From contig LFCR01000006.1 in NCBI GenBank assembly GCA_001189215.1, positions 67,550 to 131,549 of the forward strand: a stretch of DNA of 64,000 nt, written 5' to 3'. The stretch's first letter is position 1, and each line of letters begins with the position of its first letter. Positions 29,201-38,099 of this stretch are shown here, piece after piece. This DNA comes from Parcubacteria bacterium C7867-008. Its GTDB lineage: Bacteria; Patescibacteriota; Minisyncoccia; Phycocordibacterales; Phycocordibacteraceae. The position numbers were made by a program, and so were the translations under genes. A model generated the notes under the pieces. That model was not told where the DNA came from. It searched no databases and worked only from the letters and a program-made list of their open reading frames with translations.

Positions 29201-29770
29201 ATGACTCTTGAGCAATATTCCATTCTCCTTTCACTGGGACTTCTTGCCATTTTTACCTTGCTAGTGGTAAGCAGCATTCTGTATGCAGCTGTCCCAGCTG
29301 TTAAGGATCATGTCCGTAAACATTCCTATGCTAATTATCTTTCAGCCATGGCGCTTATCTCAGTTGCAGCCATACTTGGTGCTCTCATCTATCAGCTCGC
29401 ATACCTCACGCCTGTTTGCGAGCTGTGCTGGTGGCAACGCATATTCCTATTCCCAATAAGCGTTATTGCGTTAGTAGCCCTATGGTTTAAAAGTAGGGAA
29501 GCACATATTACGATAGCAATCCTTTCTGTATTCGGTCTCTTCTACGCGCTGTATCACTACTATTACCACTTCCAGGGCTTAGTACTTGGGAACACACTCG
29601 CCCTCCCATGCTCTAGCGGAGGTCTTCTTCCGGCTTGTACAGATAGTCCCATACTGACCTTTGGCTTCATAACAATCCCGTTCATGGGTATCTTGGTCTT
29701 CTCAAGCATGCTGATCCTGGCGTTCTTTGCTCATAAGGCAATGAACCGAGAAACTCAGGCAAATGACTAG
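29201..29770 (+). CDS. dsbB: disulfide bond formation protein B (DsbB/BdbC family)
   Basis: TPVCELCWWQRI motif (CxxC in the first periplasmic loop) and a second Cys pair (PCSSGGLLPAC); 4-5 TM helices. Confidence 0.65.
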   Translation: MTLEQYSILLSLGLLAIFTLLVVSSILYAAVPAVKDHVRKHSYANYLSAMALISVAAILGALIYQLAYLTPVCELCWWQRIFLFPISVIALVALWFKSREAHITIAILSVFGLFYALYHYYYHFQGLVLGNTLALPCSSGGLLPACTDSPILTFGFITIPFMGILVFSSMLILAFFAHKAMNRETQAND

Positions 29771-29791
29771 CAATTGGTATAATTGAGCAAT

Positions 29792-30433
29792 ATGAAAAAG
29801 AACTCAGGATTTTGGATATTAGGAGGGTTGGCGGGTGCGGCAATTGTGCTAATTCTGGTTTCTAATTTTCTAAATGCGTCTCCAGTTTCTAATGAAGTTG
29901 CCGCTCCTATTGCTCTCTCGGCTGATGATCACAAGAAAGGGGCAGAAAATAGCCAAGTTATTCTTATTGAGTACTTGGACTTTGAATGCGAAGCGTGTGG
30001 TGCCTACTATCCGCTCGTAAAGAAGATGGAAGCGGAATTTGGCGACAGAATTACATTCGTTGCTCGGTACTTTCCGCTTCAGGGACACAGGAACGGAGTT
30101 CCAGCAGCCCACGCTGTAGAAGCTGCAAGCCGCCAGGGTAAGTTCTGGGAAATGCATGACATTCTCTATGAACGTCAGAAAGATTGGGGAGAGAAGCAGG
30201 TGGCAACCCCTGAAGTATTTGAGGCATACGCCCAAGAACTTGGACTAGATATGGATAAGTTCAAGGCCGATGTTGGTTCACCTGATGTTGCTGCACGAGT
30301 AAAGCGTGATATGGATGAGGGTATTCAGCTTGGCGTTAAATCAACGCCAACCTTTTTCTTGAATGGAAATAAACTAGCTAACCCGCAATCAGAAGAAGCA
30401 TTCCGATCAATACTTCAGAATGCGCTCCAATAA
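29792..30433 (+). CDS. dsbA: thiol-disulfide oxidoreductase, DsbA/BdbD family
   Basis: Signal or TM anchor, thioredoxin-like CEAC active site (DFECEACGAYYP). Confidence 0.7.
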   Translation: MKKNSGFWILGGLAGAAIVLILVSNFLNASPVSNEVAAPIALSADDHKKGAENSQVILIEYLDFECEACGAYYPLVKKMEAEFGDRITFVARYFPLQGHRNGVPAAHAVEAASRQGKFWEMHDILYERQKDWGEKQVATPEVFEAYAQELGLDMDKFKADVGSPDVAARVKRDMDEGIQLGVKSTPTFFLNGNKLANPQSEEAFRSILQNALQ

Positions 30434-30436
30434 TGC

Positions 30437-31309
30437 ATGAGCAAGCACTCGCACGAGAGTAGTGGAAATATACGAACAGCCCTCTTTCTCAATATTGTCT
30501 TTACGATAGTTGAGCTGATTGGCGGTCTCCTTACAAACAGTCTCGCCATTCTTTCGGACGCTCTCCATGACTTTGGAGACACTATTGTTTTGGCACTTGC
30601 GCTGTATGCGGAGAAGAAGTCAAAGCAGGGTGCAGACGAAAAGCGAACCTATGGCTATGCTCGGCTATCGGTATTCTCAGCACTCGTATCAGGAGCAGTT
30701 CTTATAGGTGGTTCCTTGTTCATCATCTCTCAAGCTATTCCTCGGCTCTTAAACCCAGAGGCGGTACATGCGCCTGGCATGATGATACTGGCTGTAGTGG
30801 GCATCGTTTTCAACGGTATAGGAGCGTATCGCCTCAAGAAGGGAGAAGGAATAAATGAACGAGTGCTCTCCTGGCATCTCTTTGAAGATGTGTTCGGCTG
30901 GATGGCAGTATTCATAGGTGGAGCTTTGATTTACTTCTTCGATCTTCCAATTCTTGACCCAATTCTTACGATCGGCTTCACGCTGTTCATTCTCTGGGGA
31001 GTTATCCGCTCAATGGGAGAGGTAAGCAACATCCTTCTTGAAGGAGTGCCTGAGAAAATAAATCTACAGTTGCTAAAGAGTGATATTCAAAAGATAGAAG
31101 GTGTTCTTGGCCTTCACGATGTGCATGTATGGTCTCTAGAAGGAAAGACGAATGTTCTAAGTGGACATATTGTTGTAAACCCACAAAGCGTAGACGATGG
31201 ACACGCGATACAGCAAAAAGTTAAAGAGATGCTGAAGGATAAGCATGATATTGAACATGCCACGATAGAACTTGAGACCGATGCAAAGTGTGCAGAGAAA
31301 AACTGTTAA
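30437..31309 (+). CDS. czcD: cation diffusion facilitator family Zn/Co/Cd efflux transporter
   Basis: HDFGDTIVLALAL and the other CDF TM signature helices, plus the C-terminal cytoplasmic domain. Confidence 0.8.
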   Translation: MSKHSHESSGNIRTALFLNIVFTIVELIGGLLTNSLAILSDALHDFGDTIVLALALYAEKKSKQGADEKRTYGYARLSVFSALVSGAVLIGGSLFIISQAIPRLLNPEAVHAPGMMILAVVGIVFNGIGAYRLKKGEGINERVLSWHLFEDVFGWMAVFIGGALIYFFDLPILDPILTIGFTLFILWGVIRSMGEVSNILLEGVPEKINLQLLKSDIQKIEGVLGLHDVHVWSLEGKTNVLSGHIVVNPQSVDDGHAIQQKVKEMLKDKHDIEHATIELETDAKCAEKNC

Positions 31310-31431
31310 ATGCAGTTTTACATCCTTTAGATAAGCCATATTTTCATCCCCATTTCTTCATGAAAGCAACATTGACCACTCTCATGGGGAAGCTATACTA
31401 GTGGAACTGGTTAGATACGGTTGTACTCAAG

Positions 31432-31455
31432 AAAAGCCTGTTATGGCTTTTTTGT
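31432..31455 (+). terminator. rho-independent terminator downstream of czcD
   Basis: aaagcc-tgttat-ggcttt followed by tttg. Confidence 0.55.
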
Positions 31456-31605
31456 ATTATGAAGAAACGCTGAACGTCCCTTTGTTTTCCTATACTGCCT
31501 TCCAAGTTTTTCTCCCGTTCTATAGCTCGCGCTAAGAAGAGGGGTACATACAAAGTTTATGGTTCGGTAGCAGCGGTATTCGCTCTATCACTTTTTATCC
31601 ATAGC

Positions 31606-32589
31606 GTGTCGCCACAGTCTGTGGACGGCATCTTTCCTTTCCCGCACACAGCTCATGCTCAATCTGATGGTGAGGGCGGCATGATACATGATCCAAGTAT
31701 TGGTCTCCTTGAAGGGGTAAGGGACCCAAGTGTTCTCAATGAACACGAAATGGAAGTTTCTGGAGGAATGGCGCTTATGCCACATGGCGATCTTCCTGAA
31801 GGTGATGAAACTTCTAGTGCTAGTGGAAAGCAAACTAAACCAAAGAAGACAGGTATCGCTATTTACACAGTGAAAGAAGGGGACTCTCTCTCTGAAATTG
31901 CAGAGGAACACGGTGTTTCCACTAAAACTATTCTTTGGGCAAATGACATCCGTGATGCAAGTACTATCCGTATTGGAGATGACCTCATAATCCTTCCAGT
32001 TTCCGGCGTACAGCATAAAGTAGCTAGCGGAGAAACCCTGCAAGCTATCGCTAAGAAGTACGGATCTGACGTTTCTGACATTGCCTTATACAACGGTATA
32101 AGTGAAAGCAAGGGACTTGCTGCAGGTTCTGAAATCATTGTTCCAGGAGGTGCGTTCCCATCAACTCCACCAAAGAGTATTGGAAGTACTGGCTCATCTA
32201 AAAAAAGTACGGCGTCAACCAAATCTTCAAGCTCATCTTCTTCATCTGGTAAGTTTGGCAACCCGCTTCCTGGAAGGCCAATTTCTCAAGCAAATCATGG
32301 ATACAACGCGGTTGATATAGACGGCGAAACAGGAGACCCAATCTACGCTTCAGCTGGCGGTTCAGTTATTATCGCTAAGGGAGGTGGTGGTTATAACGGA
32401 GGATATGGAAATTACATCGTTATTGATAACGGAGGTGGTGTTCAGACGCTGTACGCCCACATGTCGTCTTTGGAGGTCTCAGGTGGAACAGTTGGTAAGG
32501 GAGAAGTTATCGGATATGTAGGTAATACAGGTAAATCAACAGGTTCGCATCTCCACTTTGAAGTGCGTGGTGCAACCAATCCGCTTTAG
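31606..32589 (+). CDS. LysM-domain M23 family metallopeptidase (start probably upstream, near 31522)
   Basis: Two LysM repeats (YTVKEGDSLSEIA, HKVASGETLQAIA), Ser-rich linker, M23 motifs (NHGYNAVDI, YAHMS, GSHLHFEV). The in-frame upstream sequence encodes a signal-peptide-like AVFALSLFIHS but lacks ATG/GTG/TTG. Confidence 0.75.
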   Translation: MSPQSVDGIFPFPHTAHAQSDGEGGMIHDPSIGLLEGVRDPSVLNEHEMEVSGGMALMPHGDLPEGDETSSASGKQTKPKKTGIAIYTVKEGDSLSEIAEEHGVSTKTILWANDIRDASTIRIGDDLIILPVSGVQHKVASGETLQAIAKKYGSDVSDIALYNGISESKGLAAGSEIIVPGGAFPSTPPKSIGSTGSSKKSTASTKSSSSSSSSGKFGNPLPGRPISQANHGYNAVDIDGETGDPIYASAGGSVIIAKGGGGYNGGYGNYIVIDNGGGVQTLYAHMSSLEVSGGTVGKGEVIGYVGNTGKSTGSHLHFEVRGATNPL

Positions 32590-32605
32590 TAAGTTCAACT
32601 CTCTA

Positions 32606-33370
32606 ATGACAGGAGATAAAAAGTTTCTACAAGAACTAAATATATTCAGAAATGAAGTGCAGTCAGCACTAAGGTTTTTATATACGGAATTAGCGATACG
32701 CGAGATGGGGATTACCCGTAAGGGTGTTCTAGAAGCGATGGATAGAACCCCTACTTTTTGGAATACCGTGCTTAGCTCGTTGCAGCACTCTACATTTATT
32801 ACCTTAGGGAGAATATTTGGCACTGGAAGGCATGACTTTAATAAGCTTTTACGATCTATTCAGGACAATAAAGTAATGTTCACCAAGGCAGCATTTTCTG
32901 AAAGATGGGAGAACAATCCTGATAAGGGGCAGTTAGGTAATTACCTGCAAACCTACCTTAAGCATGTATATGAACCATCCCAGCAGGACTTTGACGACTT
33001 GGTGGCGCATTTCCAAAAGCAGAGAGACCAGTATGAAAGTATCTACAGGGACATCAGGCACCATTTTGGCCATCGTCTCTATATACGCAATGAGGAAATT
33101 GAGAAGTTATTTAATGCGGTCAATATTGTTGAACTGGAGAAGTTTTGCGTGAACCTTGAGGCGCTATGGGATGCTCTCTGGAACCAATATCATAATGGAA
33201 GGGGACCCATGCTCCCGCTTAAACGAAAGAGATATTCAACACGCAATATTCTGAAGGGTAAGACATCGCCATATAAGACACCTCCGAGCAATGCTCAATA
33301 TATTTATGAGGCACAGACAGCCCTAAAGATGCTTGAGAAAGGTAAGCCAAAGAAACCTAAATTGCGCTAG
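32606..33370 (+). CDS. hypothetical protein, possible HEPN/Abi-like defence protein
   Basis: RHHFGH (R-x4-H) near the C-terminus and an all-helical character; weak inference. Confidence 0.3.
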   Translation: MTGDKKFLQELNIFRNEVQSALRFLYTELAIREMGITRKGVLEAMDRTPTFWNTVLSSLQHSTFITLGRIFGTGRHDFNKLLRSIQDNKVMFTKAAFSERWENNPDKGQLGNYLQTYLKHVYEPSQQDFDDLVAHFQKQRDQYESIYRDIRHHFGHRLYIRNEEIEKLFNAVNIVELEKFCVNLEALWDALWNQYHNGRGPMLPLKRKRYSTRNILKGKTSPYKTPPSNAQYIYEAQTALKMLEKGKPKKPKLR

Positions 33371-33480
33371 CAAGTTCAAGATCCGGTAAGAGTTTATAGG
33401 CAAAGTTTGATTTACCAGCCAATAAAACGGTTCTAACTTCGTCCAGTCCCCGCAGCTAATAAATTTGCTAGTATTAGTCT

Positions 33481-34431
33481 ATGAAAATAGCCGTACTAAG
33501 CTTCTCATTTCTTAAGCCAAAACACCTCGAAAAACTGCGGAGTTTCGGAGAGGTGATTGAGTACCAGTCAACCAATAACGCCCCAGACGCAACAGAGCGA
33601 GTAAAGAGTATCGAAATAGCTATTGCTGATTGTTGGGACGTACCGATGGATAAAACCTTCTTTGAGAGTTCCCCAGATCTTAAATACGTCAGTCTGAACT
33701 CCACTGGGTTTAATCAGGTAGATATTGAAGCAGCCAAGGCTCATGGTGTTGCGATTTCTAATGTCCCTGGATACTCAACAGAAGGTGTTGCGGAGCAGAC
33801 CCTTGGCCTCATGCTCGCGGTTGCTAGACACATACCGAAAGCTAATCAAGAGATGATGAAGGCCCCGTTTCAGATCGATCCAGCTAATAGGAATCATGAT
33901 GTATATCAAGGAGTTGAATTGAGAGGAAAGACCCTTGGAGTCTTTGGACTCGGTCAGATTGGTCTTCGCGTAGCTGAGCTGGGGAATGCTCTAGGCATGC
34001 GAGTCATAGGTTGTACGAGATCCCCTAAACAGATGCCGAATATTGAAATTGTTGATTTCTATACTCTGCTTGAGGAAAGCGATTTCCTCGCCATAACCTC
34101 CGCTTTCAGTGCCGAAATGAAAGGCCTCTTCAATGAGAATACCTTCTCCAAAATGAAACCAAGCGCAATCCTTATTAATACTGCCCGAGGAGATTTCGTA
34201 GAAGAAACAGCGCTCAGCAATGCGCTCAAGAGCAATAAGATCTATGGATATGGTGCGGATGTACTTACAGACTGGTCTGTGAATAATCCGATTCTCGGAA
34301 TGGAAAGAGTAGTGCTTAGTCCTCACTCAGCATTCTTTACCCAGGAGTCCGCAGACCGGCTTGCAGATAGCGTAATTGCGAACGTGGAAGCATATATTCA
34401 AGGTAAACCAATAAATGTCATAACTATTTAG
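33481..34431 (+). CDS. D-isomer-specific 2-hydroxyacid dehydrogenase family protein
   Basis: NAD-binding GLGQIGLRVAELG, catalytic region with ARGDFVEE and HSAFFT. Confidence 0.8.
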   Translation: MKIAVLSFSFLKPKHLEKLRSFGEVIEYQSTNNAPDATERVKSIEIAIADCWDVPMDKTFFESSPDLKYVSLNSTGFNQVDIEAAKAHGVAISNVPGYSTEGVAEQTLGLMLAVARHIPKANQEMMKAPFQIDPANRNHDVYQGVELRGKTLGVFGLGQIGLRVAELGNALGMRVIGCTRSPKQMPNIEIVDFYTLLEESDFLAITSAFSAEMKGLFNENTFSKMKPSAILINTARGDFVEETALSNALKSNKIYGYGADVLTDWSVNNPILGMERVVLSPHSAFFTQESADRLADSVIANVEAYIQGKPINVITI

Positions 34432-34438
34432 TTAGTAA

Positions 34439-34477
34439 GGTTCCCACGTCGTACCAAACCCCCAGCAATTGACTTTT
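34439..34477 (+). repeat. island repeat, subfamily A, copy A1 (ends in TTGACT -35; TATTTT -10 at 34491..34496)
   Basis: ggttcccacgtcgtaccaaacccccagcaattgactttt. Confidence 0.8.
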
Positions 34478-34573
34478 ATAATTTAAATAGTATTTTGCAT
34501 ACAGACGATCTTATGGTGAGGTCGTTGTAAACCATAGCCGATGCCTTAAATGGATAGGCGATTGGAGGATCCC

Positions 34574-35116
34574 ATGCACATGAACAAAGCCGAGCTTGCC
34601 CATCTGGAACATGAGCTGAATCCCGTCCTGAAAAATCAGGTAGTGGTGCGTTACGAGACGATTGGAGGTACTCAATTCAGCGGCGATGTCTTGACCTTCT
34701 ATCCCTACGAGGACGAGTGTTGCCTAATCGCCCAGGTTACGGTGAATGCTACACTCAGTCATACGGTGGAAGTGAAAGTGGGCGCCACGCTCACGACTTT
34801 GGACATGGTTCTCAAAGACTGGAACCAACGCCGCTGCAACGACTGGCTGAATCCCGAAGCTTTTGTGGCCAATATTCCTGTATTCCGCGACGGACAGCTC
34901 TGTACGTCGCTCAAAACTGGAATCGATAGTGGCTGCTGGGACTTTTGGTCGGGCTTGATGGCAGGCGTAGTGAACGGGCATTACGATGCCGTTATCACCA
35001 ATCACCGCCCAGATCCAGAAGAGATCGCAGCCGCAACCGCGCTTTGGAAGCGCTTCTCGGCGTTCACAGCGCAGAACCAGCGTAAATGGGCTCAAAGGGT
35101 AATGTCCCACTATTAA
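34574..35116 (+). CDS. hypothetical protein (island gene 1)
   Basis: Start at ATG 34574 with GGAGGA RBS; no recognisable domain. Confidence 0.45.
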   Translation: MHMNKAELAHLEHELNPVLKNQVVVRYETIGGTQFSGDVLTFYPYEDECCLIAQVTVNATLSHTVEVKVGATLTTLDMVLKDWNQRRCNDWLNPEAFVANIPVFRDGQLCTSLKTGIDSGCWDFWSGLMAGVVNGHYDAVITNHRPDPEEIAAATALWKRFSAFTAQNQRKWAQRVMSHY

Positions 35117-35186
35117 GAAAAGGGCCGCCTAGTACTCTACGGAGGAATGGCGGCTTTTCTTTATATGGCTTTAAATAGGCATTTGG

Positions 35187-35213
35187 GTTCGAATATCGTC
35201 CCAGACTGCCAGC
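35187..35213 (+). repeat. island repeat, subfamily B, copy B1 (lacks the TTGACT tail)
   Basis: gttcgaatatcgtcccagactgccagc. Confidence 0.7.
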
Positions 35214-35265
35214 TAATGAAATTGGAAAACCGCATGAACGATTTTCCGTTACGCGGTTCTGAAAA

Positions 35266-35649
35266 CTAGACTGACACCACATCGACGACGCCTTGCGGGT
35301 ACGTGTGACCGGGCTTGGCGAAGTTGTCTCGGTCGAGAATCATGCTGACCGCGCCACCGAGCGAGATGTGATAGGGGAGCGTGCGGACGAAGATGACCTC
35401 AGTGCGATCGCAGAAGAATCCGGAAAGGATCTTTCCTTCTTCCTCCTTGTCCATCTGCGTGTACACGGCGCCACATTTGAAGTTCATGCAGATGGCGACC
35501 ATGCGCTTGATCTCGGTGCACGACCCACCGTTCCGCCGGATAGTCTTCCGGTCTGTCCACAGGACATTCCCGTAATGACAGCTCAGGCAGAGTTTCGGAA
35601 GCGATTCGATGAACGCACGCCGCGTCCATTTTGGGCGATTCTGGTCCAT
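35266..35649 (-). CDS. Cys-rich hypothetical protein
   Basis: Strong RBS (AAGGAGGG) 6 nt upstream on the minus strand; 8 Cys; preferred over overlapping + strand ORFs. Confidence 0.5.
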   Translation of the reverse strand: MDQNRPKWTRRAFIESLPKLCLSCHYGNVLWTDRKTIRRNGGSCTEIKRMVAICMNFKCGAVYTQMDKEEEGKILSGFFCDRTEVIFVRTLPYHISLGGAVSMILDRDNFAKPGHTYPQGVVDVVSV

Positions 35650-35697
35650 ATGACCCTCCTTCTGTATCTAGGTGGAGTGTACCTCTGATTCCAAAAA

Positions 35698-35728
35698 GGT
35701 TCCAACGTCGTACCAAACCCCCAGCAAT
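35698..35728 (+). repeat. island repeat, subfamily A, copy A2 (no TTGACT tail)
   Basis: ggttccaacgtcgtaccaaacccccagcaat. Confidence 0.75.
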
Positions 35729-35759
35729 GTTTAAATTAAGCCGTATCTGAAGTAAAGAA

Positions 35760-35788
35760 TAAGCGCCCGACCAAGGGCCGGGCGCCGC
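35760..35788 (-). terminator. terminator hairpin downstream of the M16 peptidase gene
   Basis: gcgcccg-accaagggc-cgggcgc; a T-rich tract follows on the minus strand. Confidence 0.5.
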
Positions 35789-35802
35789 TCACTGCCGAAT
35801 GG

Positions 35803-37050
35803 TTACGGCTTAATGAGAAGATCGAATCTTCGCTCAGGCATCAGATACTGAGCTATTTCTTTGAGATCAGAATAGTCCATGCGCGATATGGTATCAATGT
35901 CATCCTGACCGCTTTCAATTGCGCCCATGATCCAAAGCATGTCTTGGGCAAGATCGCAGATTTTTGAGCTGTTATGATCTCGCATCATAACGTCAGCGAT
36001 CTCGATTCGTTTCTGGCGCTCGAACCCTTCCTGGTCTTCGACCACAAGCTTTACGCACTCAGTCACAAGGTCGCTAGACTGCTCAAGGGCTTCACGGACC
36101 ATTACATTGCTTGTGATACTTAGGTCGGTGAAAGAAGGTCGCGCATCCATAGATGCACTAATACCATAAGTCCAGGCATGTTTCTCCCGGAACTCGGCGT
36201 TGAGTTGTCGACTCAGCAGAGCCCTGAACACGTTAACGTGCTCTGGATGAATCGAACTGGGAAGCAATGCATGCACTTCCAAGCCCGAGCCTGTAAAGCC
36301 GCGTGAATATTCCCCTATGGACATGACTTTCCGAGTGGAAGTTGGCAACCGTACTTCTGTTGCTGGTGCTTCTCCGCGTGTGCGCCTACCCGCTTTTTCT
36401 TGAGCGAACGGGCTTCCCGAAAGGATACTAACGACTTCATCGATCGTCTTCCCGCCGACGCAGACGATAGCGGTGTTCTGAGGCGTGTAATGAAGGTCGT
36501 AGAACGTCTGAAGATCCGTCGTGCTGATGGCCTCGATAGTCTCAGGCAATCCAAGCGCTCGTGAATGGGCCATGCGAGTATTAGGCATGAGCGCGTTTCG
36601 TATCGACTGGAACTGCTCAAGCGCTAGATCGTTTGGGAAGCGCCGCTTGAATTCTTGATGGATCACTCCTCGCTCTCGTTCATAATTGTTCACGAGCGAG
36701 CCGTTGAACAGCATCTCGCCGAAGACTTCAAAGCTCTTCGCCAGGTTACGTGTTTCAGCAGGAGCGAAGAACCCGTATCGAGTCCAGTGATACGAAGTTA
36801 CACCGAGGGTCGCCTCGCCGCCATTTTCTAAGAAGAAATCCTCTAGCTGTTGTTTCGAGACATTCGTATTCTCGCTCACCATGTGTTCGACAAAGTGAGC
36901 GACACCTTCGCGACCAGGAGGATCCTGATTAGCGCCGCTGTAGATTTGGAAACCAACGCGTACCCAGGGCCGGCCAGGCAAATGGAGGATGTGCACTTCA
37001 AGATCGTTCGAAAGGGTAGTTGATTCGAAGTTAGCATACGGATCCCACAT
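35803..37050 (-). CDS. M16-family (pitrilysin/insulinase-like) zinc peptidase
   Basis: Inverted zincin motif HFVEH (HxxEH) near the N-terminus; about 415 aa; AGGAG RBS. Confidence 0.65.
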   Translation of the reverse strand: MWDPYANFESTTLSNDLEVHILHLPGRPWVRVGFQIYSGANQDPPGREGVAHFVEHMVSENTNVSKQQLEDFFLENGGEATLGVTSYHWTRYGFFAPAETRNLAKSFEVFGEMLFNGSLVNNYERERGVIHQEFKRRFPNDLALEQFQSIRNALMPNTRMAHSRALGLPETIEAISTTDLQTFYDLHYTPQNTAIVCVGGKTIDEVVSILSGSPFAQEKAGRRTRGEAPATEVRLPTSTRKVMSIGEYSRGFTGSGLEVHALLPSSIHPEHVNVFRALLSRQLNAEFREKHAWTYGISASMDARPSFTDLSITSNVMVREALEQSSDLVTECVKLVVEDQEGFERQKRIEIADVMMRDHNSSKICDLAQDMLWIMGAIESGQDDIDTISRMDYSDLKEIAQYLMPERRFDLLIKP

Positions 37051-37172
37051 TGGGGTTACTCCTGTTTGATTTGAAAGGATCGTTCTTGAGAATTATACTA
37101 TATAAATATATTTTATCAAATATTACAGCAAACCATCGACCCTACGTAATCATGCTTTAATTTTCCATAAAA

Positions 37173-37200
37173 GTTCCCATGTCGTACCAAACCCCCAGCA
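37173..37200 (+). repeat. island repeat, subfamily A, copy A3
   Basis: gttcccatgtcgtaccaaacccccagca. Confidence 0.75.
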
Positions 37201-37274
37201 CTCAAATAACCTCCGGGGGAACTTTTTCCAAAGTGAAGGATCATTAAAGTTAGAAACAGCGTTATACTTACCGT

Positions 37275-37805
37275 ATGCCGAAGCAAGTACTCATTCTGAC
37301 CGGAGGTATACTTCTTGTCGGTGTCTTAGGTGGTGTCTGGTATTTCAATGAAAGAATAGTCGAAGATGTAAGCGACACGCATCCGCCCGTGGAAGTACAG
37401 TCTGCTGAAATCTCGAAGGAGGTACGGAAGACCTCTGAAACTTCAGCAAATACTACCGTCTCGAAATACTCAGCTGCGAAGGACGTACTACCTACAACGG
37501 TTGGTCAATGTTCAGTAACGAAGGTGGAAATCGTTACTAATAGGCTTGAGGCCGAGGATGGATCACCACAAGCAGGGAGTGGTAGTGTCATCGGATACAC
37601 GAACCATGGCGGACAAGTCCTATACGAGCAACTTTTGGAAATAGATAACTCGAAGCCGGGTGACGAGGTTACCCTGTGTCTGTTGTCCATTCCTCAGGAT
37701 TGTCCAGAAGGGGACGAACGAGGGAAGATCTATCGTGCAACCAATCTAAGGACAGGAGCAAGCTGGGTAGCACCTGATGCACAGCATTTTTGCGGAGGTG
37801 CATGA
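37275..37805 (+). CDS. membrane-anchored secreted hypothetical protein
   Basis: N-terminal TM (VLILTGGILLVGVLGGVWYF); no domain recognised. Confidence 0.4.
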   Translation: MPKQVLILTGGILLVGVLGGVWYFNERIVEDVSDTHPPVEVQSAEISKEVRKTSETSANTTVSKYSAAKDVLPTTVGQCSVTKVEIVTNRLEAEDGSPQAGSGSVIGYTNHGGQVLYEQLLEIDNSKPGDEVTLCLLSIPQDCPEGDERGKIYRATNLRTGASWVAPDAQHFCGGA

Positions 37806-37856
37806 TATTTAGAGTTTGCAAGGATTTCAAGGACAAGTCTGTAAAACCTTGACTGT

Positions 37857-37884
37857 GGTTCCCACGTCGTACCAAACCCCCAGC
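37857..37884 (+). repeat. island repeat, subfamily A, copy A4
   Basis: ggttcccacgtcgtaccaaacccccagc. Confidence 0.75.
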
Positions 37885-37894
37885 TCGCTAACTT

Positions 37895-37936
37895 TAGTCT
37901 ACAAACAGAAAACCCACCGACTAGATGGGTAATCCG
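37895..37936 (-). terminator. rho-independent terminator for the small minus-strand peptide gene
   Basis: cccacc...ggtggg hairpin followed on the minus strand by ttttctgttt. Confidence 0.5.
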
Positions 37937-37952
37937 TAGGTGGGTGATGTGC

Positions 37953-38099
37953 TCAGGTGAGCTTATCCATCTTCTTGAAGAACCAATCCAGGCCGAGGAG
38001 AGAGGCGAAGATCAGTCCATAGCTCCCAGCGAAGATTGCGATTTCAGCTGGTGTTGCACGCGACTGCTGGTTTGCGAGAACGAGGAGCCCGAAGATCAT
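37953..38099 (-). CDS. 48-aa hydrophobic peptide (MIFGLLVLANQQSRATPAEIAIFAGSYGLIFASLLGLDWFFKKMDKLT)
   Basis: Not in the ORF track (under 60 aa); GAAGGGA RBS, two predicted TM helices, own terminator. Preferred over the low-complexity + ORF 37944..38162. Confidence 0.35.
   Translation of the reverse strand: MIFGLLVLANQQSRATPAEIAIFAGSYGLIFASLLGLDWFFKKMDKLT

Noticed and set aside
20204-31600. Direct repeat of the tRNA-Gln 3' end marking the distal att site
   Set aside because: Visual search of 24.3..24.6 kb and 31.3..31.6 kb found no convincing copy of ggttcgagtcctagtcccgcagca. Serine integrases do not generate long duplications, so absence is expected.
34469-34480. TTGACT plus immediately adjacent TATAAT inside repeats A1/A5 as a promoter
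   Set aside because: Spacing between them is only 2-3 nt. The functional -10 candidates are the TATTTT/TATTAT hexamers 16-18 nt downstream of TTGACT.
35293-35716. Overlapping + strand ORF 35293..35688, + strand ORF 35381..35575 and minus-strand ORF 35399..35716
   Set aside because: This is a GC-rich region giving open frames on several strands. The minus-strand gene 35266..35649 has a near-perfect Shine-Dalgarno and a balanced amino-acid composition. The alternatives are Ala/Arg/Asp/His-rich low-complexity translations.
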